Source: an uncultured delta proteobacterium | GTDB lineage: Bacteria; Desulfobacterota; Binatia; UBA9968 | DNA: 64,000 bases | Assembly: GCA_963804165.1 (NCBI GenBank) | Contig: CAWDPO010000024.1 | Location: forward strand, 64,001 to 128,000 | Direction of reading: 5' to 3' | Part shown: in pieces, positions 1 through 12,142 of the stretch | Numbering within the stretch: the stretch's first letter is position 1 | Layout of the letters: the number at the start of each line of letters is the position of its first letter | Made by a program: the position numbers and the translations under genes | The notes under the pieces: model-generated | The model's database searches: none | Told to the model about the DNA's origin: nothing | Seen by the model: the letters and a program-made list of their open reading frames with translations, nothing else

Positions 1-10
1 ATCCATCGGC

Positions 11-2590
11 ATGGAAAAAATCCCGATGGAAAAGCTCGGCGCGGGAAAATTCTCCGCCAAGGTGACGCATTTGGCAAATACCGTGAACTATCGCGCTGCG
101 ACCGGTCCATTCTCGTCGCCGACGTACACCGCCGAAGCCGTCGATCCGCCGGAAATCGCCAACGTTCAGTTGATCCTGTATCCGCCAGCGTACAGCGGTC
201 TTGGCTCTGTTTCCGTACCCGAAGGCAGCATCGAAGGGCTCAAGGGATCGACTCTCCGTCTGGATGCCGTGACCACCAAAGACGTCGTCAAAGCCGAAAT
301 CGTCATGGAGGACGGCAAAAAAATCCCGCTCAAGATCGACGGCCGCAAGCTGCAGGCGAACCTGGTGCTGTTTCAAGCGCAATCCTATCGCATCCTAGTC
401 GAAGACACGCACGGTTTTCGCAACACGCCGATCAGCTACGAGCTGCGCGTCAAACCGGATGGCTTCCCCACCGTTGACTTGCTTCGCCCGACGGAGGACT
501 TGGAAATCAATGGCGACGAGACGTTATCGCTGGAATACGGCGCGCGCGACGATTTTGGCATCGGCGAAGTCGCGTTGATCACGAAAATCGGCGACCGCGA
601 GGAGAAAATCGCCCTGCAGAAAGAGGAGGCAAAGCGTCTCATCGTGCGCGATCAGTACAAATGGGATCTTGGCAGACTCGGGTTGCGCGATGGCGAGGAA
701 GCGGTTTTTTTCCTGCAGGTTTTCGATAACGACACAATCTCGGGCCCGAAAATCGGTACGTCCCGCTCGGTTCGACTGAAGCTGAAAAACGTAAAAGGCG
801 AACACCAGCAGGTCGCCGACATGATCCGCGACTTGAATCAGCGCATGGTCGACCTGTTGGGCGACCATCTGGAAACCCCGCCGCCGGGGGAAAAATCCGC
901 AATTCCGCCGGATTCCGACAAGAAGTTCGAACAGAATCTCACCGACGCGCTCAAGCGCACCGAAGAAGTGATGCGTCGGACGGAGAAAGATCGCATGTCC
1001 GATTTCGCCACCTGGAGCGATCTCGAGGCGTTGAAACGCAATCTTGAATTCACCAAAAACGAGCTTCTGCAAAAACAACAGCAGGCCTCCGCCATGGACG
1101 AAAAGCTCAAGGCGCGCGACGATATCTCGGCCGAGCTGGAGCGTATGTCGCTCCTGTCCGAAGACATCGGCAAACGCCTCAAAGCCCAGGAGCTGGCATC
1201 CACCGCGCAGGACTTGGCGCGCAACCAGGAACGGCTGATGGATTCTTTGGAGAAGCTCCAGAGCGGCGACAAAAATCTAGATGCCATCATGAAACAAATA
1301 TCCGAGCTGGCGAAAAATTTGGCGAGCCTGCAGCAGGCAGTCTCGCAGCTCGCGCAGCAGATGCCGGACGACTTCATGAATGCCGACGCCATGCAGGGTC
1401 TGGGCTTCAACGACATGTTCCGCGGCCTGGAAGAGATTCGCAAAAAACTCATGGAGGGCGACATCGAAGGTGCCCGCCAGTTGGCACGGGAGTTGTTTAA
1501 TCAGATGGCACAAATGGTTGCCGCCATGCAAAACGCCCAGCGCTCTGCGATGGCGTCGGGCATGGGACGCATGCAAGGCGAGATGCAGCGCCAGAGTAAC
1601 GAGCTTCAGGAAATCTCCCGCGAGCAACAAGAGATCCTCGCCAAAACCGAAGGGATCAACAACTCGGCGCTCACCCAGCGCGACGCCGCGCTCAAGAGCA
1701 AGCTCGATCGTTTCCTCGAAAAGGCGGTGGCCGAGCTGGGCCAATTGACCGAGCTCTTTCCCGACCGCGAAGGCCCGGACGATCCGAACCTACTGACCAA
1801 TATGGACGACGCGACGATGAACTCGTTGCTCAAAAACCTGATTGCTAAGCTGAGCAATAAGGATTTTCCCGGTTACGGCGAAGGCGACGGTTGGACGCGG
1901 AAAGAATTGGGGAAAAAGCGCACACCCGCGCAGGAACGCCGCGCGCAACGCGCCGAGAAAAGCCTCGATGACATAAAATCGGAGCTCGATGCCCTGATCA
2001 ACGAGCCGGCGCGTGCGCTCTCCGATTCCGACAAACGCGAATTGCGCGACCTCGCGCACCGCCAGGACGTCCTGAAGGAGCGCACGGAGGAGCTGCACGA
2101 GAAGTTGGAATCGCTCTTTCAGCTCTTTCCCCAGCTCGATCCCAAAATCGTGCAAAACATCGGTGAGGCCGGTAAGTCCATGGGCAGCGCGCAAAACCGC
2201 CTGGGGCAACTCGATTCCCGTGGCGCGGTGCCGCCGGAGCAATCGGCGCTCGATCGTCTGTCGCAGTCCCAGCAGCAGATGCAATCTTCGATGCAACAGA
2301 TGGCGCAACGCGGCCAGCTCGGCAATATGCCGATCACGCGCTTGTTCCGCCAGGGACGTTTTCTCCCCTATGGACAAATGACGCCGCTCCCCGGCATGCC
2401 GCAGTTTCCTCAGTTCGATATCGAAAGCGGTTTCACCGGCCTGGACACCGAGAAATTTCACCTCCCGGGGAAAGACGAGTACAAGGCGCCGCGAAATTTC
2501 CGCGAAGAAATTCTCGAGTCGCTCAAGCAAGGCGTGCCGCCGCAGATGAAAGAGCAGATCGAGCGCTATTTCAAAAATCTCTCCGAGTGA
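11..2590 (+). CDS. DUF4175-family large coiled-coil protein (5'-truncated by window edge)
   Basis: 859-aa ORF: Ig-like N-part, ARDDFGI...DNDTISGPK motif, Gln/Glu-rich helical repeats, C-terminal ...IERYFKNL; typical member of MoxR-vWA operons. Confidence 0.8.
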   Translation: MEKIPMEKLGAGKFSAKVTHLANTVNYRAATGPFSSPTYTAEAVDPPEIANVQLILYPPAYSGLGSVSVPEGSIEGLKGSTLRLDAVTTKDVVKAEIVMEDGKKIPLKIDGRKLQANLVLFQAQSYRILVEDTHGFRNTPISYELRVKPDGFPTVDLLRPTEDLEINGDETLSLEYGARDDFGIGEVALITKIGDREEKIALQKEEAKRLIVRDQYKWDLGRLGLRDGEEAVFFLQVFDNDTISGPKIGTSRSVRLKLKNVKGEHQQVADMIRDLNQRMVDLLGDHLETPPPGEKSAIPPDSDKKFEQNLTDALKRTEEVMRRTEKDRMSDFATWSDLEALKRNLEFTKNELLQKQQQASAMDEKLKARDDISAELERMSLLSEDIGKRLKAQELASTAQDLARNQERLMDSLEKLQSGDKNLDAIMKQISELAKNLASLQQAVSQLAQQMPDDFMNADAMQGLGFNDMFRGLEEIRKKLMEGDIEGARQLARELFNQMAQMVAAMQNAQRSAMASGMGRMQGEMQRQSNELQEISREQQEILAKTEGINNSALTQRDAALKSKLDRFLEKAVAELGQLTELFPDREGPDDPNLLTNMDDATMNSLLKNLIAKLSNKDFPGYGEGDGWTRKELGKKRTPAQERRAQRAEKSLDDIKSELDALINEPARALSDSDKRELRDLAHRQDVLKERTEELHEKLESLFQLFPQLDPKIVQNIGEAGKSMGSAQNRLGQLDSRGAVPPEQSALDRLSQSQQQMQSSMQQMAQRGQLGNMPITRLFRQGRFLPYGQMTPLPGMPQFPQFDIESGFTGLDTEKFHLPGKDEYKAPRNFREEILESLKQGVPPQMKEQIERYFKNLSE

Positions 2591-2597
2591 TTCCGAT

Positions 2598-4191
2598 TTG
2601 AAGTACCGAGTTTCCCTGGTTTCCGTTTTATTGTTTTTTTTCGTGCTGGCAAGGCACTCGCCCGCGGCCGAGGCCGATCCGAAATTCAAGGCCGGCGAAG
2701 AGCTGCTGGACGCGTGGCGCTTGACCCAAGCCGAAGAATTCGCCGCGAAGGCGCTCAAAGAAGAGCCCAAATCAGCCGCCGCGCTCGAATTCGATGCCCG
2801 GGTAAAATTCTACCAGGGTCGTTATGCCGACGCGTTGACCGTCTTCGATCGCGCCCTGGCCATCGACTCGACGAATCAAAGACGGCAAGCGCTAAAGCTG
2901 CTGACCCAGCTCACCGTCGACGTTCACAAATCGCTCAAGCGCCACGAGAGCGCCCATTTCGTCTTGTTTGTCGACGACAAGCGCGACGGCATCCTGGTAC
3001 CGCATGCGCTCGAGGCGCTGGAAAAAAGCTACGCCGCGATCAGCGCTGAGCTCGGCTATCAACCGAAAGAAAAGATCCGCGTCGAGATCGCACCCGACGC
3101 CACGAGTTTTAACGCGATCTCGACGCTGTCGTTGCGAGATATCGAGGAAACCGGCGCGGTCGGCATTTGCAAATTCAACAAGCTCATGATCATTTCGCCG
3201 CGCGCCTTGAGTTTCGGCTACCGCTGGCTGGATTCGGTGAGCCACGAATATGTCCACTATGCGATCGTGGGGTTGACCAGGAATCAGGCGCCGATCTGGC
3301 TGCACGAGGGCATGGCGCGCTTTTATGAAACCCGCTGGCGCAAGGCGGCGCCGGCAAAGGAGGCCGCCGAGGATTATTTGACGCCGGCGAACCAAACTTT
3401 GCTGGTTCGAGCTCTGGCAAAAAATCAGTTCGTCGGCTTCAAAAATATGGAACCGTCGCTCATCCACCTCGACACTCCGGAGCAAGTCCAACTGGCCTAT
3501 GCCGAGGCCGCTTCAGCGATCGACTTCATCAACCAGAGCAAGGGCGGAGCCGGCGTGCGTGAACTCCTCGCGACTTTAAATGACCAGCCCACGCCCGAAG
3601 CGATTGAAAAGGTCTACGGCATGTCTTTCGACGCGTTTGAAGCGAAATGGAAAGGTTTTCTCAAAACCAAAGGGCTCAAGGAAATCGAAGGCAGCCGCGT
3701 GCGCAAACTGAAGGTCAAGAAAGACCAACGGGAAGACGAAGACGTGGTGGAATTGCGCGAAATCCAGTCGGCGGTGGCGCGCAACCGCACCCATCTTGCC
3801 GACCAACTGCTCGGCAAGGGTCGCACCGCCGCCGCCGCCAGCGAATACCAGCGCGCCCTGCAGGCAAGCCCGCACTCGCCGATCATCTTGAACAAACTCG
3901 GCCGGGTGATGATCGAGACGAATCGCCCCGACGCGGCGCTCCCGCTATTTCAACAAGCCCTCGACGTCGACCCGGACAACGTCAACGCCTACATCCAATT
4001 GGGCCGTGCCCAGCTTGCGACCAAGAATTTTAAGGAAGCGCGCAGCGCGCTTGAGGAAGCGATTCAGATCAACCCGTTTAATCCCGCTTATCTACCGTTT
4101 GCTCGGCGATGCCTACGCCGCTCTCGGGGAGCAGGAAAAAGCCCGGCTCGCCAAGGCGAGTCTCGATAGACTCATGACCGGTAATCATTAA
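2598..4191 (+). CDS. Secreted TPR-containing gluzincin metallopeptidase (peptidase MA-like); one frameshift near 4085
   Basis: Signal peptide, N- and C-terminal TPRs, HEYVH plus WLHEGMA motifs; C-terminal TPR continues in ORF 4006..4191 (LIYRLLGDAYAALG). Confidence 0.85.
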
Positions 4192-4210
4192 TCGATTTAG
4201 AAGGAAAACC

Positions 4211-5239
<1,029 letters not shown>

Positions 5240-5246
5240 AGCCGTC

Positions 5247-5305
5247 ATTCCAGATTGCAGATTCCAAATTCCATATGAGATCTGGAGTCTTAATCTGGAA
5301 TTTTT
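5247..5305. repeat. 7-bp-periodic imperfect inverted repeat (TTCCAGA-type)
   Basis: ttccaga-ttgcaga-ttccaaa-ttcc ... tctggag-tcttaa-tctggaa. Confidence 0.7.
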
Positions 5306-5306
5306 A

Positions 5307-5805
5307 ATGCGTTCCAAGTCGGACTTCGTCCATGGGATTGAAGTGCGCGGCAATGCCGAGTTCCGGCTCCGAACCAGGCACGCCCTCGCCCTGCTCTTTC
5401 CCCTCGCCCAGTTCCAAATCATCCGAGACAATGTTCAGATCATTCGTCAAGCCCGCCGCAGTGGCATGAAAGCGGCGGCGGAAAGCCCCACTTTTCTCGT
5501 CGGGAAACCGACGTGGAGCCATTCCCCGGCGTGGTATGCCGGCGCCATCGCCCACGACGCCTATCACGCCGAGCTTTATTCGGGGGCCAAGCAGCGCGAC
5601 GCGCGGCAAGCAACCGCAAGCCGACAGTTGGACGGGCACCGAGGCGGAAAAACAATGTCTGGCCTTTCAACGCCAGGTGCTTTTGGCGCTCAACGCGGAC
5701 GAGGGAATCATCAGCTATGTCGAGCTCTGCGCACGAAATCCAACTTATCAAGGGCACAACAAGGGTTGGCGCGGTTGGCTAGATTATCTGAAACGCCGGT
5801 GGTAG
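5307..5805 (+). CDS. Hypothetical ~165-aa protein with zincin-like HDAYH motif; frameshift near 5590
   Basis: Join of ORFs 5307..5852 (AGAIAHDAYHAELY) and 5536..5805 (WTGTEAEKQCLAFQ...LDYLKRRW). Confidence 0.65.
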
Positions 5806-5835
5806 AAATTTGGCAGACCGATGACGGTGAAGAAT

Positions 5836-5890
5836 TCGAAGATGGAGGATAGAGAATAGCGATCATCGATCTTCGCTTCTCGATCCTCGA
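5836..5890. repeat. 7-bp-periodic imperfect inverted repeat (GAGGATA/CGATCCT-type)
   Basis: gaagatg-gaggata-gagaata ... cgatctt-cgcttct-cgatcct. Confidence 0.7.
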
Positions 5891-5905
5891 CGATAGAATA
5901 AAGCC

Positions 5906-6796
5906 ATGCCCAACGGCGACAAAAACTATTTCGATCCCAAAGTTCTCGCCGGGATTTCGAATCTCGCCCTGCGCGCCCGTTGGGTCGTCGAAGGTCTGAT
6001 GTCCGGCATTCACCGCAGCCGCGCCAAAGGCTTCAGCGTCGAGTTCGAAGAGCACCGCGAGTACTCGCCCGGCGATGAAATTCGCCGCATCGATTGGAAG
6101 GCCCTCGGCAAATTCGACCGCTATTTCATCAAAGAATACGAAGACGAAACCAACCTGCGCGCTTATTTGCTCCTAGACGCCAGCGCGTCGATGAATTACG
6201 CCTCCGATGGAATTACGAAGTTCGATTACGGCTGCACGCTCACTGCGTCGCTGGCCTATCTTATTCTCAAACAGCAAGATGCCGCCGGCCTTGTCACCTT
6301 CTCGGACCGGATCGAATCCTTTATTCCGCCACGCGCCAAGCGTGACTACCTAACGCAAATCCTTGGCGCTTTGGAAAAGCGCGGCGCCGCCGGCGAAACC
6401 AACGTCGGAAAGATCCTCGAAGACATCGCCGGCCAAGTGAAGCGGCGCGGCCTGATCGTTTTGGTTTCCGATTTGCTCGACGAGCCCGAGGCGATACTCA
6501 AGGGATTGCGCCAGTTTCGTTTCAGGGGCAACGACGTCATCGTCTTTCACCTGCTCGACCAAGCCGAGATCGAGCTACCTTTCGATGGCAATATTTTGTT
6601 CGAAGATCTGGAAGCGGCGAACCTTCAGGTGATCGCCGATCCGCGCGCCATCCGAACGACCTACAAGGAAGTCGTGCAGGAGTTCATCGACGACATGCGC
6701 AAACAATGCCGCGATAACACCATCGATTATCAAATTATCTCGACGGCGACACCGCTGGACCAAGCCTTGGCCAGTTACTTGAGCTGGAGGGGCTAA
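5906..6796 (+). CDS. DUF58 domain (vWA-like) protein
   Basis: GFSVEFEEHREYSPGDEIRRIDWK, LDASASM, VSD. Confidence 0.95.
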   Translation: MPNGDKNYFDPKVLAGISNLALRARWVVEGLMSGIHRSRAKGFSVEFEEHREYSPGDEIRRIDWKALGKFDRYFIKEYEDETNLRAYLLLDASASMNYASDGITKFDYGCTLTASLAYLILKQQDAAGLVTFSDRIESFIPPRAKRDYLTQILGALEKRGAAGETNVGKILEDIAGQVKRRGLIVLVSDLLDEPEAILKGLRQFRFRGNDVIVFHLLDQAEIELPFDGNILFEDLEAANLQVIADPRAIRTTYKEVVQEFIDDMRKQCRDNTIDYQIISTATPLDQALASYLSWRG

Positions 6797-6803
6797 GGCG
6801 CCG

Positions 6804-8903
6804 ATGTCGGTTTTCTTTCTCTACCCGTTATTTTTGTTTGGTCTCCTGGCCGCTTCACTGCCGGTCCTGATTCATCTGCTGAACCGGCGCAAGCTGAAAC
6901 GAATTCGCTTCCCCGCGGTGCGCTTTATCTTGCTCTCGCAAAAACGCATTTCCCGCAGTTACCGTCTACGCCATTGGCTCCTGCTGGCGCTGCGAACTTT
7001 AGCAGTCGTGTTTCTCGCGCTGTTGCTCGCCAATCCGATTTTTCAGACTGGCGCCGGGCTGTTCGCCGGCGGCGGTCCCGTATCGTTGGTCCTCTTGCTC
7101 GACAATTCGCTGAGCATGACCTGGAGCGGTGACGGCAACGGTTTCAAGCAAGCCAAGGATGCCGCCCGGTTATTGATTTCAGCGCTGAACGACGACGACC
7201 GCGCCGCGATTATTCCGACCAACATCACCGGCAAGGAACCGTTCCGCCTGAAAGCGCAGAAAGACGTCTTGCTCAGAGAATTGGACGCCATCGAAATCGC
7301 CGACGGCACCGTTAATCTGGAGGCGGCGCTTGGCAAGGCTTACGAATTATTGAACGTGCCGGCGGGTCAAAAGGAAATCCGCTTCATTAGCGATATGGGG
7401 CTCACCGGGTGGGACCAGTTTTCCATCGCCGGGCTGAAACAAGTCGACCCATCGATACCGTTTAAATTGATACACGTCGACCGCAAGCAAACGCCGCCGA
7501 ACGGCAGCATCAAAGAAATCCGCCTCGGCAGTCCGGGCGTCGGCGCCAATCTGCCGCTACAGATCGACGTCACGGTGGCGAACTTCGGCGAGAGCGAGCT
7601 CAAAGAGGTCCTCGCCCAGCTCAGCATCGACGGCCAAAACAAGGAACAAAAACTCATTTCCGTGCCGGGAAAGTCGGAAGCTTCATTGAGATTTCAAACC
7701 CGGCTCAGTCAGCCGGGTGCCCATTCGGGCCAGGTCACGCTCAAAAAAGCCGGCCTCGCCGGCAACCCGACGACGAACTTCACTCTCGATGCGCAAGAGA
7801 AGCTGAAAGTCCTCGTCGTCGAAGGCGATCCGCAAACCTCGCTGGTTCAAAGCGAGACTTTTTTTCTGAGCCGCGCGCTCAGTCCCTCCGGCGAACGCGA
7901 CACGTCGCATTTTTCTTCCGACAGTGATACTTCCCGATGGCCTGAACACGGCGACACTGGACGGCTACCAAGTATTGATTCTCTGCAACGTGGCGACACT
8001 GCCGGATAGCTTTACGGCGAAACTGCAGAATTTTCTCCGCCAGGGCGGCGGCGTGTTGATTTTTGCCGGAGACAAGTTTCAAGCGGACAGCTACAGTCAA
8101 AAAATCGCTCGTGATCTGCCCGGCCAGCTCGGCGAAAAAAAACTCGCCCCCGAAGCGAGCGGTGATAAAATCGGCAAATACGCTGCCAAGCATCCGGCGC
8201 TGCAGATCCTTGCCGATCCGATCCTCGAGGAATCCATAAAGTCGACGCGCGTTTGGGGCTACTTTCGCACCACTGCCGGAGGTCAGGCGCCGTTGATCAC
8301 GCTGGCAAACGGCGACCGCTTTGTTGCTGGAACAAAAAGTCGGCGCTGGACGAAGTCCTCATGATGACCTCCTCCGCCGATCGCGACTGGACCGATCTTC
8401 CGTTGAAGACCGTCTACCTGCCGTTGATCCAATCGCTTGCGCAGTATCTCGCCGGCGGCAAGCGCGGTGTTCTGGACGGCGGTATCGCCGTCGGCGCCGC
8501 CAAGGAAATAGCACTGTCGCCGACTCTCGTCGGTAAAAACTTGCGCGTGACCAAGCCCGATAAGCAAGCCGCCGAGGTCGCCATCGCCGCCGCGAAAGAC
8601 CGCGCCGTCGCTACCATCGAGGAAAACGACCGCGCCGGCATCTACCGTTTATCCCTGCCCGCCGGCGGCGAGAAGAACGCCGGCGCGCCGCAGATGTACG
8701 CGGTCAATCCGCCGTTCCTCGAATCACGCTTGGATGAAATCAGCGCGCGCGAGCTGCAGGCCAAGCTCAGCCCGATCCGCGCCGAAGTCATTCCCGTCGA
8801 TGCGCTCAAGGAAGGCGGCAAGCGCACCGATCTCGCCCTTCCTTTGCTGGCGTTGCTCATTGTAACTTTGCTGATGGAAGGTTGGTTGGGACAGCGGTTT
8901 TAA
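6804..8903 (+). CDS. BatA N-terminal domain + vWA + Ig/GATase-like membrane protein; frameshifts near 7910 and 8320
   Basis: LPVLIHLLNRRK...FPAVRF BatA motif, DNSLSM MIDAS, C-terminal TM ending LMEGWL; spread over three overlapping ORFs. Confidence 0.85.
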
Positions 8904-8906
8904 TAA

Positions 8907-8980
8907 ACTAAAAATTGAAAAGGCAAAATCAAACAATGACCGTGGAGTCTTTTAACTTCAATTTCTAACTTTGAATTTTT
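8907..8980. repeat. AT-rich 7-bp-periodic imperfect inverted repeat
   Basis: taaaaat-tgaaaag-gcaaaat ... ttttaac-ttcaatt-tctaact-ttgaatt. Confidence 0.55.
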
Positions 8981-9756
8981 ATGAATCGCCGCAAATTCAT
9001 CCGATTATTTTCACAAGGCCTTTTGGGCGCGGGCCTTACGCCGAGCCTGATCGGGCCGCCGAGCCAGCCGACAAACAACGCCTGCAGTTCGTCTTTGCCC
9101 AGATCAAGTACCGCGGCGGCGATTGGAATCCCCATCCGCTGTCGGTGACGCCGCTGATGGAAGAGCTGATGGCGCGCACCAGCGTCGAAGCCGCCAGCGC
9201 GCCGGCACGAAGTCACGCTCGGCCGATCGGCGATCTGTTCAACTATCCGTTTCTCTATCTGGCCGGCAAATACGAATTTGATCCGTTCAGCCAAGAAGAA
9301 ATCGAAACTCTGCGCCGTTTTCTTTCCTACGGCGGCTTTCTGTTGATCGACGACGCGCTCGGCCAGCAAGGCTATGGCTTCGACAAGGCGGTGCGCCGCG
9401 AGATGCAGCGGATATTTCCCGGCAACGAATTCAAGCGCCTGCCGTCCGGGTCACGCCGCGCTGCGCAGCTATTATCTCTTGCGCCGCATCGGCGGCGTGC
9501 GCATCGTCAGTCCCGACTCTCGAAGGGATCACGCGTCGGCAACTCCACGCCGGTGATCTATTGCCAAAATGATCTCGGCGGCGCCTGGGAGCGCGACCAA
9601 GTCGGCAAATGGACCAACGCCTGCACTCCCGGCGGCGAAGCGCAGCGTAAAGACGCCTTTCATCTGGGCATCAATCTTATTCTTTACGCCATGACGGAGA
9701 ACTACAAAGAGGACTTGATCCACGTCCCGTTCATTCGCAAGCGGCTCACCAGGTAA
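8981..9756 (+). CDS. DUF4159 domain protein with probable Tat signal; frameshifted
   Basis: ATG at 8981 reads MNRRKFIRLF; body KYRGGDWNP...YPFLYL...GGFLLIDD...NDLGGAW...GINLILYAMT. Confidence 0.85.
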
Positions 9757-9759
9757 GCG

Positions 9760-12037
9760 ATGAAAGATCTCTATCTCATCGGCGCTTTGCCCGTGGTGGT
9801 TGGTCGCGCTCGTCGGTCTCGGCGCGACCGCGCGCTGTTGGTGCAGCAATTTATTGGTTTGCGACAGCGCCTGCCGCTCGGGCCAGACCGATTTTTCTCA
9901 CGCTGTCTCCGCGCTGTGCGTTTATGCCGGACTGCTTTTCTTCTTGCTCGGTCCGGCACTGATCGACAAGCGCGTGAGCAAATTGCGCCGGCCGCTTACG
10001 TTGCTCATCGACACCTCGCAAAGCATGGGATTTCCCGCGAGCGCCAAGACCGCGCGCAGGCGACAAAACGGCGCAGAGCCGGCTCGATCTCGTTCGAGAA
10101 AACTCGAAGGCGGCCAAGACGCCGCTGATCCAAAAACTCAATCGCGATTACGATCTTCGCGTGATTCGCTTCGGCACCAGCTTGGAACCCATCGCGCCGG
10201 GCAGCCTGGCGCGGTCTGAAGCCGCAGGATCCGGGCACGCGGCTCGTGGAATTGCTGCAGCACGTCGCGCGCGACAGCGCCGCGCGCAGTCCGGCATCGT
10301 CGTTTTCAGCGACGGCATCACCAACGGTGAGAGACAATCTGTCGATGGCGCGGCGCCGCTGCCGGTGCCGGTATTTACGGTCGGCGTCGGCGACACCGAA
10401 GGTTTTACCGACATGCGCATCGCCAAGCTCGGCGCGCCGGAGTTCGCTTTTCGCGGCCGCGAATTCAAGATCGATCTCACGATCCAAGCCTCTGGCATGA
10501 AGGGCAGATCCGTGCCGCTGTATTTCAATCGCGGCAAAAATCTCATCACGACTCGCGCCATCGCCATCGACGCCGACCCGTTCGAGCAGAAAGTCACGCT
10601 CAGCTTCACGCCGAAAGATTTGGGCACTCACGGCTTTTTCCGTGAGCATTCCGGCCCAACCCAGCGAACAAATCACCCAGAACAACCACAAGGAATTCAA
10701 AGTCGAGGTGCAGCGCGACAAGATCCGCGTTCTAACTCTTGTCCGGCTCGCCGGCATGGAACTATCGATTTTTGCGCATGGCGATGAAGCAGGACCCGCT
10801 GATCGAGCTCGTGTCTTTCGTGTTTCTGCGCACGCCGACCGACACGGTCGACGTGCCGGAGAACCAGTTGAGTCTGATTCCCTTTCCCATCGATGATATT
10901 TTTCTCGAAGAACTGAAGAATTTCGACGTGATTGTCTTCGATGATTTTTCGCACCGCGCTTATTTCAATCCGGTTTATCTGGAACGGGTGCGGGATTTCG
11001 TGCGCGACGGCGGCGGGCTCGCCATGCTCGGCGGCTCGCGCGCGTTCGACAGCGGCGGCTACGGCGACAGCGCGCTGCGCGAAGTGCTGCCCGTCGAGCT
11101 CGACGGCAAGGGCAATTATCAGATCGCGGCGGCAGCGGTGCATGCGGCGTTGACGGCCGCCGGCAAAGCCCATCCGATAACGCGCCTGCTGCCCGATCCG
11201 AAAACCAACGAAGAGGCCTGGAGCAAACTGCCTGCGCTGACCGGATTGAATCAAGTGCGCAGCGTGCGCGGTGAAACTCTGCTCACTGCCGAAGGCAACG
11301 GCACGCAGAGCAACGCTCCGCTGCTGGCCATCGGCCGCTTCGGCAAAGGACGAACTTTGGCGCTGATGACCGACGACGCCTGGCGCTGGAACTTCATCGC
11401 CGTCGGTAAAAAAGAAACGCCGCAAAATCATTTGAAGCTCGTTCGTCAGGCCGTGCGTTGGCTCGCGCAAGAGCCGTCGTTCGAACAGGTGCAGCTGTAT
11501 CCGGTCGCGACCCCGCAACCGGGGGAAAAGGTAGCGATCAAACTGAAAGTCTTGAACGACGACTATACGCCGACGCGCCAGGCATCGATCCAACTTCGAG
11601 TGTTTAGTCCCGACGGCGAGCCGACGCTCGTATCCACGGGTCCCGACAGCGAGGAGGGCGAATACAGCGGCGATTTCATCCCGACTAAAGAGGGCACCTA
11701 TCGGGTCGAGGCCGAGGCCAGCGCCGGCGGGAAAACTCTGGGCAAAGACAAAACCAGCTTTACCGCGGCGTTCTCCTACGGTGAAACCGACGATGGCTTG
11801 CCGCGTCCTGATTTATTGAAAAAAATCGCCGAGTCAAGCAAAGGCGAATACCTCTCGATCAATGACTGGAACGAAAAGAGTTTCGAGAAAATCGCCGCCA
11901 GACTTGAAACCATCGCGCCATCCGAGATCGTCGAACAGCGCCAGACCCGGCTGTGGAGTAACCTGTGGCCGTTCGGCGTCATTCTCGCTCTGCTCAGCGT
12001 CGAGTGGTGGATGAGAAGAAAGTGGGGCCTGATATGA
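9760..12037 (+). CDS. Membrane-anchored vWA + glutamine-amidotransferase-like (DUF1355-type) protein; several frameshifts 9800-10740
   Basis: LLIDTSQSM, VFSDG, FVRDGGGLAMLGG, GKGRTLALMTDDAWRW, C-terminal LSVEWWMRRKWGLI. Confidence 0.82.
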
Positions 12038-12039
12038 TC

Positions 12040-12098
12040 GTAGGGGCAGGCCGATGTGTCTGCCCTCCGTACAGGCAATCACGCAGGATTGCCCCGAC
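12040..12098. repeat. GTAG-type REP doublet (REPIN/BIME-like)
   Basis: GTAGGGGCAGGCCGATGTGTCTGCCC followed by inverted GGCAATCACGCAGGATTGCCCCGAC. Confidence 0.75.
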
Positions 12099-12142
12099 AA
12101 ACCCCATCCGGCAATCTAAATCGCGCGCGGGGACCTCAAACA

